Source of the DNA: a virus
Direction: 5' to 3' (one strand)
Virus record (IMG/VR): IMGVR_UViG_3300045988_170206
Coordinates: 1 to 64,000 of that record
Length of the DNA: 64,000 bases
Within the stretch, counting starts at the first letter, position 1. Each line of letters begins with the position of its first letter. A program made the translations under genes and the position numbers. This document shows, one piece after another, positions 8,092 through 16,391 of the stretch. The notes under the pieces are model-generated. The model was given only the letters and a program-made list of their open reading frames with translations, ran no database searches and was not told the origin of the DNA.

Positions 8092-8985
8092 CTACGGTTC
8101 GAGGGTGAAGCGTTGTCCGTGCAGCATGAGCGCGTACTGTGCGAGTGTTCGCGCGGGCGTGTCGGCGGGGAGTAGGAGTGGTGGTTTGGCGATGGCAGTT
8201 TCGATGGTGGTTTCGGGGATGCCGAGTAGTGGGGCGTTGGTTCGGACCCAGGTGTGCCAGTGTGCCCACATGCGTTCGCATGACTGTGGTGATGGGGTGG
8301 TTTTCCCTTCCTCCCATAGTTCTGCGTCGCTTGTGGAGCCTGCGCCGGTGAGGTCGGCCCACACGGCCATGGGTGTGGCTGACGCTTCGCGTAGGGCTTT
8401 GATGACGGGACCGGGGAGGAGGCGCGCTTCGCGGACGGCTTGGAGGCGCAGTTCGTGTTCCTCGTGCGCAGCCTGGTGGGTGCGGGCGAATCCGTCGAAG
8501 ATGACGCTGAGGGCCGCGAGCTTGTCGCCTTCCCGTTGAGCGGCTTCACGCACCCCGTACATGGCTCTGCGCCCGTCCACGGCCTCGATGTAGGCCAGGC
8601 ATGAGGTGGCCTCGTCCTGCCCGAAGACCCTGCACGCCTCCTGCACGGCTTCATCACTGTCGGCGACGGTGATGAGGTGGATGCTCTCACGAGACGGCTT
8701 GCAAGGGAGCATTAGGAGGACTGATGGGCGCACGAGGCGCTTCTGGACGGCCACCTCCAGGTACTTTTCGGCGGCAACGACTTCGGGAGTTCTCTCGAAG
8801 CGTGGGGACTGTGCCCACTCCTCAAGGGTGTCGATGCAGTGGCGCGCGTGATCGTCGCAGGGGATGAAGTCCTGGAACCAGTACTCCAGAATCTCCCTCA
8901 CGTCTCCTTCGCCGTTCACGTTGATGTGGTCGCCCGAGCTACGGTTCCACAGTTCGACGCAGAAGCTCCCGTTCGCCGCCTCCAT
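8092..8985 (-). CDS. Hypothetical protein (297 aa)
   Basis: ATG start 1 nt after the stop of the upstream gene. Codon bias is consistent with neighbours. No motif recognised. Confidence 0.65.
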   Translation of the reverse strand: MEAANGSFCVELWNRSSGDHINVNGEGDVREILEYWFQDFIPCDDHARHCIDTLEEWAQSPRFERTPEVVAAEKYLEVAVQKRLVRPSVLLMLPCKPSRESIHLITVADSDEAVQEACRVFGQDEATSCLAYIEAVDGRRAMYGVREAAQREGDKLAALSVIFDGFARTHQAAHEEHELRLQAVREARLLPGPVIKALREASATPMAVWADLTGAGSTSDAELWEEGKTTPSPQSCERMWAHWHTWVRTNAPLLGIPETTIETAIAKPPLLLPADTPARTLAQYALMLHGQRFTLEP

Positions 8986-8986
8986 G

Positions 8987-9445
8987 TCAGCCCTCCAGGC
9001 CGAGAGTCGGCGGGGTTAGGACGCTTACCTTGAGCGCGCGGTGACGCTTCTCGGTAGACGGGTGGATGGTGTGCGTGACGACGTGACTGACCGTGTAGGC
9101 CCCTGCCCCGTACACCTGCGTAATCGACACGTCCAACGTGCAGCCGGTAGACACGAGGATGCTTTGAGCGAGGCGCGCGAGAGGGCGCAGCATTTCCTTG
9201 CTCAGCGTATCGCTGGCGCTCACAGTCGCCCCCTTGGCGTTTCCGCTGGGGATGGTTGTTGTTCCAGCGACTCCCTTACTGCCGTTCATGATGATCTTCT
9301 TGAGGGCATTCACGAGGCAGATGTGCGCTTCATTCCGACACGGCGGCTCAGGCACGTTAATGGCATAGTCTGCGATCATCTTCCACGCAGCTTCCATCCC
9401 CGCTGCGGGGCCGGTGAGGCGCGCTTCGACGGCGATGTGGTACAC
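8987..9445 (-). CDS. Hypothetical protein (152 aa) ending in PTLGLEG
   Basis: GTG start with GGAAAGGA RBS. Appears to be a distant paralog of 9473..9922: similar length, N-terminal I-x-V-E-A and a shared C-terminal P(T/S)LGLE(G/D). Confidence 0.65.
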   Translation of the reverse strand: MYHIAVEARLTGPAAGMEAAWKMIADYAINVPEPPCRNEAHICLVNALKKIIMNGSKGVAGTTTIPSGNAKGATVSASDTLSKEMLRPLARLAQSILVSTGCTLDVSITQVYGAGAYTVSHVVTHTIHPSTEKRHRALKVSVLTPPTLGLEG

Positions 9446-9472
9446 GAGGGTTCCTTTCCTTGCGGCGGGCCG

Positions 9473-9922
9473 TCAGTCCTCGAGGCCAAGGCTGGGGATC
9501 TTGTGCGTTGTGGTGGTGACACCATGGCTGCGTGGTGTCCACTTGAAGGGGTCGATCTGGTAGGTGACAACCTCCGTGTAGACGTGGCGGTGCGTCTCGG
9601 GGGACTTGAAGACGGTCACGCACACCTTGACGATACGGGCGAGTTTCGCGTCCACGAAGTACTTCTTGAGGAGGTCGCCGATCACGTGCGCCTCTTCGAT
9701 GCCGAAGGTGCCGTCTCGATGCGAGTAGGTCTCGTTTGCGGTCACGCAGAACTGCTTGTCCATCGTGCCGTCGGAGGCGGTGTAGATGCGTTCGCCGACG
9801 AGGATGATAGGGTAGCCGGGTCGCGCTTTTCGCGACTGGATGGCGAGTTCGTAGCCTGCCTGCTTGGCGGCTTCCGGGTTGGTGATTGCTCCGACGTGGG
9901 CTTCGACCTGTAGGCGGATCAT
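9473..9922 (-). CDS. Hypothetical protein (149 aa) ending in PSLGLED
   Basis: ATG with GAAAGGAA RBS. See the paralog 8987..9445. Confidence 0.65.
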   Translation of the reverse strand: MIRLQVEAHVGAITNPEAAKQAGYELAIQSRKARPGYPIILVGERIYTASDGTMDKQFCVTANETYSHRDGTFGIEEAHVIGDLLKKYFVDAKLARIVKVCVTVFKSPETHRHVYTEVVTYQIDPFKWTPRSHGVTTTTHKIPSLGLED

Positions 9923-9987
9923 GAGCGTTTCCTTTCGTTGGTTGGTTCAGTGCTCACTAGATGAGTGTCGCGTGTGGGTTGTGGCGG

Positions 9988-10827
9988 TTACTTGTTGCGG
10001 TGCAGGACGAGGACTGTCTTCGTCGGCCACGGCAGGCGGTCGATGTCGTAGAGGCGCTGGAAGTGCTCGAGGTAGCCTTCGTCCCACTCGTCGTACTCTT
10101 GCTCTAGCACGTACTCGTCCCACCTGTTGATAACCACGTTGAGCATGGAGCGCGTCCCACTGTAGGACTCTGTGGACTCTCGAGGGAGACTGTTGAGTCC
10201 CCACACGGAATGGAAGGCGATCTCGTAGAGGTTGGTGGGGTTCGCTTCAATCTTGAGGCTGTCCCAGTTGACGGAGTAGTCGTTTCCGCCCCTGAAATGG
10301 ATGATCTTGTTGATCGTGAGTGCCCCAACCCAGGTGAGGACTTCGCGCATCGCGTCTACGGAAACGACATTGAGGGACTTCAAGTTGCTGAACTCCTCCA
10401 CCTGGAACCTCGCCCCTGACCAGTCGCGGATGACGAGCACACCGCTAGGTGCAACTAGCTGTCGGATCAATTCAAGCTCCTTCAAGCTGTCTCCGTTGCG
10501 CTCTCCCAGGATCTCGTGCACGACGCTGGACAGGAACACCACGTCGTAGGTGCCCACACGCTCTTTGAGCTCTTCCTTCGTGCGGAAGGCAGCTCCAGCG
10601 TCCCGCATGGCGGTCTCAACTGTGGTGCTGATGTCGTGGCACTCGTACACGCCGCCAGCGGCTTCGACGCGCTCGCGGATACCGCCCTCGACGGGCATAC
10701 TGCACCCGTAGTCGAGGACACGCGCCCCTGGCGTGACGTAAGGGGCTAAGGCCTCCCACTTCGCGTTGAGCGACGAGGCCATACGACGCACGTATTCAGG
10801 GCTCGTAGAGTCCACGTAGTTGTCCAT
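9988..10827 (-). CDS. Class I SAM-dependent methyltransferase-like protein
   Basis: ATG with AAGGAGGAA RBS. Motif I-like VLDYGCSMP, motif II-like YDVVFLSSVVHEI and post-II VAPSGVLVIRD. No DPPY/NPPY-type DNA-MTase motif seen, so the substrate is unknown. Confidence 0.6.
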   Translation of the reverse strand: MDNYVDSTSPEYVRRMASSLNAKWEALAPYVTPGARVLDYGCSMPVEGGIRERVEAAGGVYECHDISTTVETAMRDAGAAFRTKEELKERVGTYDVVFLSSVVHEILGERNGDSLKELELIRQLVAPSGVLVIRDWSGARFQVEEFSNLKSLNVVSVDAMREVLTWVGALTINKIIHFRGGNDYSVNWDSLKIEANPTNLYEIAFHSVWGLNSLPRESTESYSGTRSMLNVVINRWDEYVLEQEYDEWDEGYLEHFQRLYDIDRLPWPTKTVLVLHRNK

Positions 10828-10986
10828 AAGGGGTTCCTCCTTGTTAGTTCACAGGCCCTAGGTTTGTGTGCTGTGGCTGCGTTTATTTGCGTGTGGGTAA
10901 GCGTGCGTCCCGCCGATAATCGCGCAGCTAATGCTTGTTGATGGGTGGTACGTGTAGAGCGGTGCTGGCGATCATTCGTTGTGGCC

Positions 10987-11280
10987 CTAGTCGCGCGGCC
11001 ATCCGAGTGAACCGTGAAATATTTTCTCAACGGTGTGACCAGTCAGGTAAGATTCGAGGAACTCACGAACGCCGATCCTCTTTCGGTCTTTTCCCATCCA
11101 GAATCCCTCAAGGTCGTTGGGAAGATATATCTCGTCGTTGCCATAGGAGTAAGTGTTGTCTCCGATTCGGATGGCGGTGCCTGCAACGAGAAAGTGCCCG
11201 TAACGTTCAGTGCCTTTGCCCACTGAGATAGGGGCTTCCCTTACTGCGCGGCAATCGTTGCAATAACAGGGTCGTGACAT
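10987..11280 (-). CDS. Hypothetical small protein (97 aa), N-terminal CYCNDC
   Basis: ATG with AGGAGAGAA RBS. No family recognised. Confidence 0.55.
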   Translation of the reverse strand: MSRPCYCNDCRAVREAPISVGKGTERYGHFLVAGTAIRIGDNTYSYGNDEIYLPNDLEGFWMGKDRKRIGVREFLESYLTGHTVEKIFHGSLGWPRD

Positions 11281-11289
11281 TGTTCTCTC

Positions 11290-11739
11290 CTAGTGTCGTT
11301 CGTTGAGTAGTGCTTGGGCGTGGGCCATGATGCGCACGAGCGCGTCGATGCGAGCTTCTGGTGTGGCGGTGGGAGTGCGCCAGGTGTTCCAGTCGTCGGC
11401 GCTGCCGTTGTCGGCGTTGTAGGCGTTGAGTGCTCGCGTGAGCGCCTGGTAATGGCCCTCTCCTGCGAGTGCGGTGGTTTCAGCGCGTAGGACGGTTGCT
11501 GCGGCTCCCAGGAGGATGATGAGGTCTGCGGGGGAACGCAGGGGATCGCCGTCGAGTTCCGCGTCCGCGTACACACTGAGGAGCGTCCGTTCAGCGTCGA
11601 TGGCCGCGGGGGTGAGCGGGGCTCGGTCGTAGCGCCAGGCGATCTCCTGGTCGAGGAGCCCGGATCCGATGATGACGGTGTACGTCGGGGCTTCCTCGAC
11701 TGCGGGGGTGTCAGTTGTTGTCAGCATGGTGCGCGTCAT
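11290..11739 (-). CDS. Hypothetical protein (149 aa)
   Basis: ATG start overlapping the end of the upstream small membrane gene. No motif recognised. Confidence 0.55.
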   Translation of the reverse strand: MTRTMLTTTDTPAVEEAPTYTVIIGSGLLDQEIAWRYDRAPLTPAAIDAERTLLSVYADAELDGDPLRSPADLIILLGAAATVLRAETTALAGEGHYQALTRALNAYNADNGSADDWNTWRTPTATPEARIDALVRIMAHAQALLNERH

Positions 11740-11926
11740 CTTCCTTGATGTAGTCCTGGGCGACGAAGGTGCCGATCAGGGCGGCGGCGGTGATTGTGAA
11801 GGCGATGCCCAGGCCGGAGTCCCATGCGCTGCCGTCGCCGGTGGCGGTCGTCCAGATGAGGACGTAAATGGTGAGGGCGAGTCCGGTGAGCGCGCCCGTG
11901 ATAAAGGTGCAGGTCTGTGACTTCAT
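11711..11926 (-). CDS. Small membrane protein (71 aa, two predicted TM helices)
   Basis: ATG with GAAGGAA RBS. Hydrophobic segments TFITGALTGLALTIYVLIW and LGIAFTITAAALIGTFV. First gene after the terminator/gap at 11927-12195. Confidence 0.6.
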   Translation of the reverse strand: MKSQTCTFITGALTGLALTIYVLIWTTATGDGSAWDSGLGIAFTITAAALIGTFVAQDYIKEDDAHHADNN

Positions 11927-12050
11927 TGTTGCTGGTTCCTTCTTTCTTTCTGGGGTTGGTTGGTAGTTTAGTCGGTTTTATTGCGCGCGCAAGCGTATTC
12001 AACCCGCATATTGGTTAAGTGGATCACATGAGGGGGTGAAAGGGAGGGCG

Positions 12051-12098
12051 CAAAAACAGGACCGGCCCAAACCCACACGGAGAGGTTCAGGCCGGTCC
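12051..12098 (-). terminator. Rho-independent terminator (minus strand)
   Basis: Perfect 9-bp stem GGACCGGCC (12059-12067) / GGCCGGTCC (12090-12098). On the minus strand it is followed by TGTTTTTG (complement of 12051-12058). Lies 98 nt after the stop of 12196..12648. Confidence 0.55.
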
Positions 12099-12195
12099 AT
12101 AACCCAGAAAGCGGAAGGAACCCGAAGGCCACCGCCAGAACGATCATACAGGCAAAACGCCTACACAGTCCACTCAGGCCCCGCTTTCACTGAGG

Positions 12196-12648
12196 CTATC
12201 TGGCGTACACGCGCATACGCGCCCTGTCTTTCGCCACACAGGTGTCCATGAATGAAAGGACGCTCGCCTTCGAGCCGACGCGCATCCCCTCACATTGGCA
12301 GTACCACTCGTACTCGCGGCGTCCCGTGGTTTCACAGAAATAAGTGCTCAACCCAAGGACCGCACTACGCAAGTCGCCGTCCCCCAGGTCAATACTGTCC
12401 GTTCCTAGGGGCTGGTGTCGCCCGTCAAGAGAAAAAATGCCTCGTCCGTAGCAGTTTGTCGTGTACCTGACTTGTGTGGGGTCTGATTCAGTATGTGGCA
12501 GGTCTTCATTTTGAAAGTCCCAGCCCCAACACCAGTGCCCCGCTGGCATCTGGTGCGCATTCAGGCCTAGTGCCTGAGCGACAGTTTCACTGTCCACGAG
12601 ATTGAACCACGTGGCGATTGCTTCGAGCTCACTCTTGTTGAAGTACAT
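12196..12648 (-). CDS. Hypothetical Cys/Trp-rich protein (150 aa), lower GC
   Basis: ATG at 12648 preceded by AAAAAGGAAAAG. The longer ORF-track form (to 12720) runs through the stop region of the upstream paralog gene. No motif recognised. Confidence 0.6.
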   Translation of the reverse strand: MYFNKSELEAIATWFNLVDSETVAQALGLNAHQMPAGHWCWGWDFQNEDLPHTESDPTQVRYTTNCYGRGIFSLDGRHQPLGTDSIDLGDGDLRSAVLGLSTYFCETTGRREYEWYCQCEGMRVGSKASVLSFMDTCVAKDRARMRVYAR

Positions 12649-12682
12649 GGTCTTTTCCTTTTTGTTTCGAGGCCGGTTAGCC

Positions 12683-12961
12683 CTACAGGACTCCACCCTC
12701 GTAGAAGTAGGCCCTGTCATTGCCGAACCAGATGGAGTAGTCGATGTGGCTGGGGCGGCGCATCAGCTTCTCATCGCTCGCGTAGGCCCCTCGGATGGGG
12801 AGCGTGAACCAGGAGCCTCCGATGTCTCTTCGTGTTTCTGTTTGGAGTTCCTGGGCCCAGATCGTTTTGGTGGTCGCTCGGACGACTTCGTAGTACTTGT
12901 CGCCTGCTCGGAGAATGGTTCCGACGGGCATGACCTGGGCATCGGCGGCTGGGGTATTCAT
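12683..12961 (-). CDS. Small protein, tandem paralog family member 1 (92 aa)
   Basis: ATG at 12961 with GAAAGGAAAA RBS. Shares PVGTIL-x8-12-(V/W)-x-V-x-R-(A/T)-x2-(T)-(I/V/L)-W and PIRGAY with 12991..13281. Confidence 0.65.
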   Translation of the reverse strand: MNTPAADAQVMPVGTILRAGDKYYEVVRATTKTIWAQELQTETRRDIGGSWFTLPIRGAYASDEKLMRRPSHIDYSIWFGNDRAYFYEGGVL

Positions 12962-12990
12962 TGGAGTTTTCCTTTCTATTTCGAGGTCGG

Positions 12991-13281
12991 TTAGCTTTCC
13001 CAGACGAAACCCGTGTAGGGGTAGCATCTGTAAATGCCGATCTTGATGAAGCGGTCGGTGGCGGGGTTGTAGCGGTACCTCATCGGCTTATCGTGTACGT
13101 AGGCTCCTCGGATGGGAACAGTGGACCAAGAGCCGCTAGGGGTTCTTCCTGTTTTTTCTCGGAGTCCCTTGACCCAGACAGTCTGGGCTGTCGCTCGGAC
13201 AACCTCGAAGAACAGGTGGTCGCTCGCGCAGAGGATGGTGCCGACGGGCATTGCCTGGGCGGCGGGGGTTGCGGTAGTCAT
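12991..13281 (-). CDS. Small protein, tandem paralog family member 2 (96 aa)
   Basis: ATG start. MPVGTILCASDHLFFEVVRATAQTVW...VPIRGAYVHD aligns by eye with member 1 (MPVGTILRAGDKYYEVVRATTKTIW...LPIRGAYASD). Confidence 0.65.
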   Translation of the reverse strand: MTTATPAAQAMPVGTILCASDHLFFEVVRATAQTVWVKGLREKTGRTPSGSWSTVPIRGAYVHDKPMRYRYNPATDRFIKIGIYRCYPYTGFVWES

Positions 13282-13293
13282 TGGGGTTCCTTT

Positions 13294-13572
13294 CTATTCG
13301 GGCTTGTATGCGATGTCCCTGGTGGGGTGGAGACTCGTGTTCACGTCGGGGCGGATGTGTCCCGTATTGTCGATGCGGCGCATGATCGTGTCCCCGATGG
13401 TTGCACTCCTGCTGATTATCGGAGGCTTGGTTCCCGAGTGGGTGACTTTGAGTTCTTGGAGCCAGAGCGTCCTCTCGGTGCGATTCACGACCTTCCACGC
13501 GCGCTCTCGCGCTTGGGACCAGTAGATAGTTCCTACTGGCGGGAGAGTGAAACGGTCTCTCATGGACGACAC
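13294..13572 (-). CDS. Small protein, tandem paralog family member 3 (92 aa, divergent)
   Basis: GTG with GAAGGAAGG RBS 7 nt upstream. Retains PPVGTIYW...WKVVNRTERTLWLQEL. Confidence 0.6.
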   Translation of the reverse strand: MSSMRDRFTLPPVGTIYWSQARERAWKVVNRTERTLWLQELKVTHSGTKPPIISRSATIGDTIMRRIDNTGHIRPDVNTSLHPTRDIAYKPE

Positions 13573-13593
13573 TTTGTTACCTTCCTTCTTCGA

Positions 13594-13884
13594 CTAGCTT
13601 GCTGGCCTGTAGATGTCGCGGTACAGATCCACGTACACGCCCTTACGGACGCACAGGCACGCATCTTGGAGGACTCGGCACTGACGTAGGGGGATGTCCG
13701 TGCGGGTCATGCCGAGTATCGGCTTTCCTTCGGTATTGGTGACGAGCTGGCGTAGCCACACGGTTTTTTCGGTGCGGCGTTCAACCTGCCAATACTCGTT
13801 ATCACGGAGGGCGGCGCGCCAGCCGTGGTGGCGTAGTTGGTAGATGGTTCCGACTGGCGGTGCAACGAGCTCGCGTTTTGTCAT
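13594..13884 (-). CDS. Small protein, tandem paralog family member 4 (96 aa, divergent)
   Basis: ATG at 13884 with GAAAGGAACAGAACC upstream. Retains PPVGTIYQ...WQVERRTEKTVWLRQL. Confidence 0.6.
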   Translation of the reverse strand: MTKRELVAPPVGTIYQLRHHGWRAALRDNEYWQVERRTEKTVWLRQLVTNTEGKPILGMTRTDIPLRQCRVLQDACLCVRKGVYVDLYRDIYRPAS

Positions 13885-13976
13885 GGTTCTGTTCCTTTCT
13901 TCCGTGGGTAATCGGATGCTATCCGTGTTCTCTGCGTTTGGATGTAGGCGCGCCGACATGGCGGACGGTTACCGCT

Positions 13977-14261
13977 TCATGCAACGTTCGTTTGATGGTG
14001 GTATTCGATAGTTGCGACCGTTCGCGTGTGCTCGTCGTGCTCGATCACGATTCGCGTGGGGAGAGGTGTGTCGCGAAGGTGGCGGCGCTTTTCTCCTGGT
14101 AGCGGGTTTTTAACGAGATACCGCACCTGTGCAGGCTCGAGGATGCGTCGGGTCTTCTGATGTTGCCTGCGCGACCAGGAACCGGACTCGGTACGGTGTT
14201 CGATCCAGCTTGTGTACGTTGCGCCGATGACAGCGCTGAGGGCTTCGTCAATGCTCATCAT
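13977..14261 (-). CDS. Hypothetical basic protein (94 aa)
   Basis: ATGA overlap with the stop of 14258..14827. Confidence 0.55.
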   Translation of the reverse strand: MMSIDEALSAVIGATYTSWIEHRTESGSWSRRQHQKTRRILEPAQVRYLVKNPLPGEKRRHLRDTPLPTRIVIEHDEHTRTVATIEYHHQTNVA

Positions 14262-14827
14262 GTGCGGCTTTTTCCTTTCATGCGGCGTTCGATCTCCTGG
14301 AAGATCTTGGCTGTGCCCTTGGGGGCTCGCTCGTAGGTTTCGCTGATGTGGATGTTGGTGCCGTCGGCTCGTTTGCGTAGGCCGCTCTGCGTGTATATCC
14401 AGGGTCCGCGAACGAGCGCGTACTCGGTGACAGTCCTGTAGTGTCGCTTGTCGATCCAGTGCGTGTAGGTGACGCGGGCCTTGCGTGGGGCGGCGATTTT
14501 CGCTGCCTGGGCTTTCTGCTGGCGTTGCAGCCAGTGCAGGTAGAGGTCATGCACATCCTCGGGTGTGTCACTGTCTGAGCCGAGTCTTGGTCGGAAGAAC
14601 TCGGTCCTGTTGTAGAGCTTCGACGTGTGATGCCACTCCTCCGGGTAGAGGAAGTACTCGCGTAGGAACTCGAGCGGGTAGCCGTCGAGCTGTAGGTACG
14701 CTCGAGCGTTCGCGGGGAGCGCGTTCAGGATGTCGGCTTTGCTCCACTTGGACCTGGGGCGTAGGCCGCGGTCGTATGCGTCGATGGCATTGTTGCTCAT
14801 CGAGAAGTCGTCAGCGTAACCGGCCAT
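14258..14827 (-). CDS. Hypothetical protein (189 aa)
   Basis: ATG start 3 nt after the upstream stop. N-terminal MSNNAIDAYDRGLRPRSKWSKADIL. No function recognised. Confidence 0.6.
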   Translation of the reverse strand: MAGYADDFSMSNNAIDAYDRGLRPRSKWSKADILNALPANARAYLQLDGYPLEFLREYFLYPEEWHHTSKLYNRTEFFRPRLGSDSDTPEDVHDLYLHWLQRQQKAQAAKIAAPRKARVTYTHWIDKRHYRTVTEYALVRGPWIYTQSGLRKRADGTNIHISETYERAPKGTAKIFQEIERRMKGKSRT

Positions 14828-14830
14828 GAG

Positions 14831-15106
14831 TCACCACGCTCCCGCGCTGTAGCCCATGGAGGTGAACGACGCGGGCGGGACAGGGAGGCCGTCGATGCAG
14901 GCCTGGCACATGAGTTGCCCACCTCGTTCGAGGACGATCTTGTAGGCGTTCACGGCGGTCGTCCTGAACGTGTGGGCGTTGATGCACCACCAGGTGTAGG
15001 TCTTGGTGGGGTCGCACTCGAGGATGGGTTTGTCCTCGCGCCAGTATGGCAGGAGCGCGCTTGCGTCCACGTAGGGGATCTCGGTGTTGTCGGCGTTGTT
15101 GCTCAT
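14831..15106 (-). CDS. Hypothetical small Cys-containing protein (91 aa)
   Basis: ATGA overlap with the upstream gene stop. Confidence 0.55.
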   Translation of the reverse strand: MSNNADNTEIPYVDASALLPYWREDKPILECDPTKTYTWWCINAHTFRTTAVNAYKIVLERGGQLMCQACIDGLPVPPASFTSMGYSAGAW

Positions 15107-15945
15107 AGTGGGTACCTGTTTCCGTATTGGCCGTTGACGGCCAGGTCGAGGCCGTCCTTGAGGATGCGTTCTGCGTAGTACGTGGGGTGACCGCGCTCAC
15201 CTGTGTACGTGGGGCAGGCTCCGCTGCCTTTGGGGCCGACCGTGATGAGGGCGCTCGAGCGGGCCCTGCTGGGTAGGTAGAGGCCCCTGGGGGTGGCGCG
15301 GGGGCGGGGGCGTTTCCCGGAGTGGCTGAGCCAGGCTGAGGTGTCGTCGTAGCCTAGCTGGAGCTGGTGGTAGTCGCGGATCTGGGAGATGAGGAGAGCT
15401 GTGAGAGACACGTTCTCCGTGAGGAGTGTGCGCAGGCGCGAAGTGGAGAGCGCGTTGGGGGAGACGAGGGTTGCGTTGTTCGCCTGAGCGTCGATGCCGC
15501 CCGCCCATCTGAACGGTTCATACTCCGCCTGGTAGTTGGCGATTATGTTGACTGCCTTGATGATCTTGGGAGTGTCGGGGGCGTGGACGATGGAGCCGTC
15601 GAGGTCAACCATGAGCGCGTCAGGGCTTCCCTTTTCGATGAGGTAGACAGCATCCGGGTACAGGAAGTCCATGCGGTACTCGTACTGTTTGCCGGGTTTG
15701 ATGTAGTTGGCGAGGAGGGCAGTGAGGCCGAGCTCGCGTGGGGTGCCGATCTGGAAGATGTTTGTCCACGTCAGGATGAAGTTGCGGGATGTATCTAGGA
15801 TGCGGACGACGGTTTCAGGTTGCCCGTCGTGGCCAGCCCACCGGATGCCGGCACGCTGGGGGTGATGGCTGTAGCCTCGTTGCATGTTGCCGTTGAGGAG
15901 GTCTTCGAGGGGGCGGTGATTGTGGGGGATGTGATCGTGGTACAC
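15103..15945 (-). CDS. Hypothetical protein (280 aa)
   Basis: GTG start with GAAAGG 9 nt upstream. No motif recognised. Confidence 0.6.
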   Translation of the reverse strand: MYHDHIPHNHRPLEDLLNGNMQRGYSHHPQRAGIRWAGHDGQPETVVRILDTSRNFILTWTNIFQIGTPRELGLTALLANYIKPGKQYEYRMDFLYPDAVYLIEKGSPDALMVDLDGSIVHAPDTPKIIKAVNIIANYQAEYEPFRWAGGIDAQANNATLVSPNALSTSRLRTLLTENVSLTALLISQIRDYHQLQLGYDDTSAWLSHSGKRPRPRATPRGLYLPSRARSSALITVGPKGSGACPTYTGERGHPTYYAERILKDGLDLAVNGQYGNRYPL

Positions 15946-15956
15946 GGTGGGGCCTT

Positions 15957-16367
15957 TCAGGCGTAGTGGGAGATTCCGACGGATCCGATCTGAACGCCGT
16001 TACGGTCGCGGATGGGTTCGCCGGGGACTCGGATGTCCGGGCGGTGGTAGATCTTGAGGGCTTCGGCGGCGACGCGGGACACGATGATGAACATGCCGTG
16101 GATCGGATCGGGCAAGCCGATGCACTGGTCTGGGTGAGTGATGTTCAGTGTCTCGGGGATGCCGGGGAAAGTCTCGGGTAGTGGCTGGTATTCGTCGGGG
16201 ACTCGGACGACGGTACCTGATAGCGGGATGACACACAGGGGTGCCTGCTTGTCGTACCCGTACATGGTGAGCGCGTGCGGAGTGCCGTTGATGTAGACGA
16301 CACCGTTATCGGCGGCGATACCTACGAGGGGGCCGACGCTCGTGTTGATTGTGACGTTGCGCAGCAT
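15957..16367 (-). CDS. Hypothetical protein (136 aa)
   Basis: ATG with GAAAGGACA RBS. No motif recognised. Confidence 0.6.
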   Translation of the reverse strand: MLRNVTINTSVGPLVGIAADNGVVYINGTPHALTMYGYDKQAPLCVIPLSGTVVRVPDEYQPLPETFPGIPETLNITHPDQCIGLPDPIHGMFIIVSRVAAEALKIYHRPDIRVPGEPIRDRNGVQIGSVGISHYA

Positions 16368-16391
16368 GTGGATGTGTCCTTTCTGACTGGC

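Noticed and set aside
12036-12251. Plus-strand ORF (71 aa) in the 11927-12195 gap
   Set aside because: It is Arg/Pro-rich, has no RBS and spans the minus-strand terminator hairpin. The gap is better explained as terminator plus promoter region. I could not identify a convincing -35/-10 pair, so no promoter is called.
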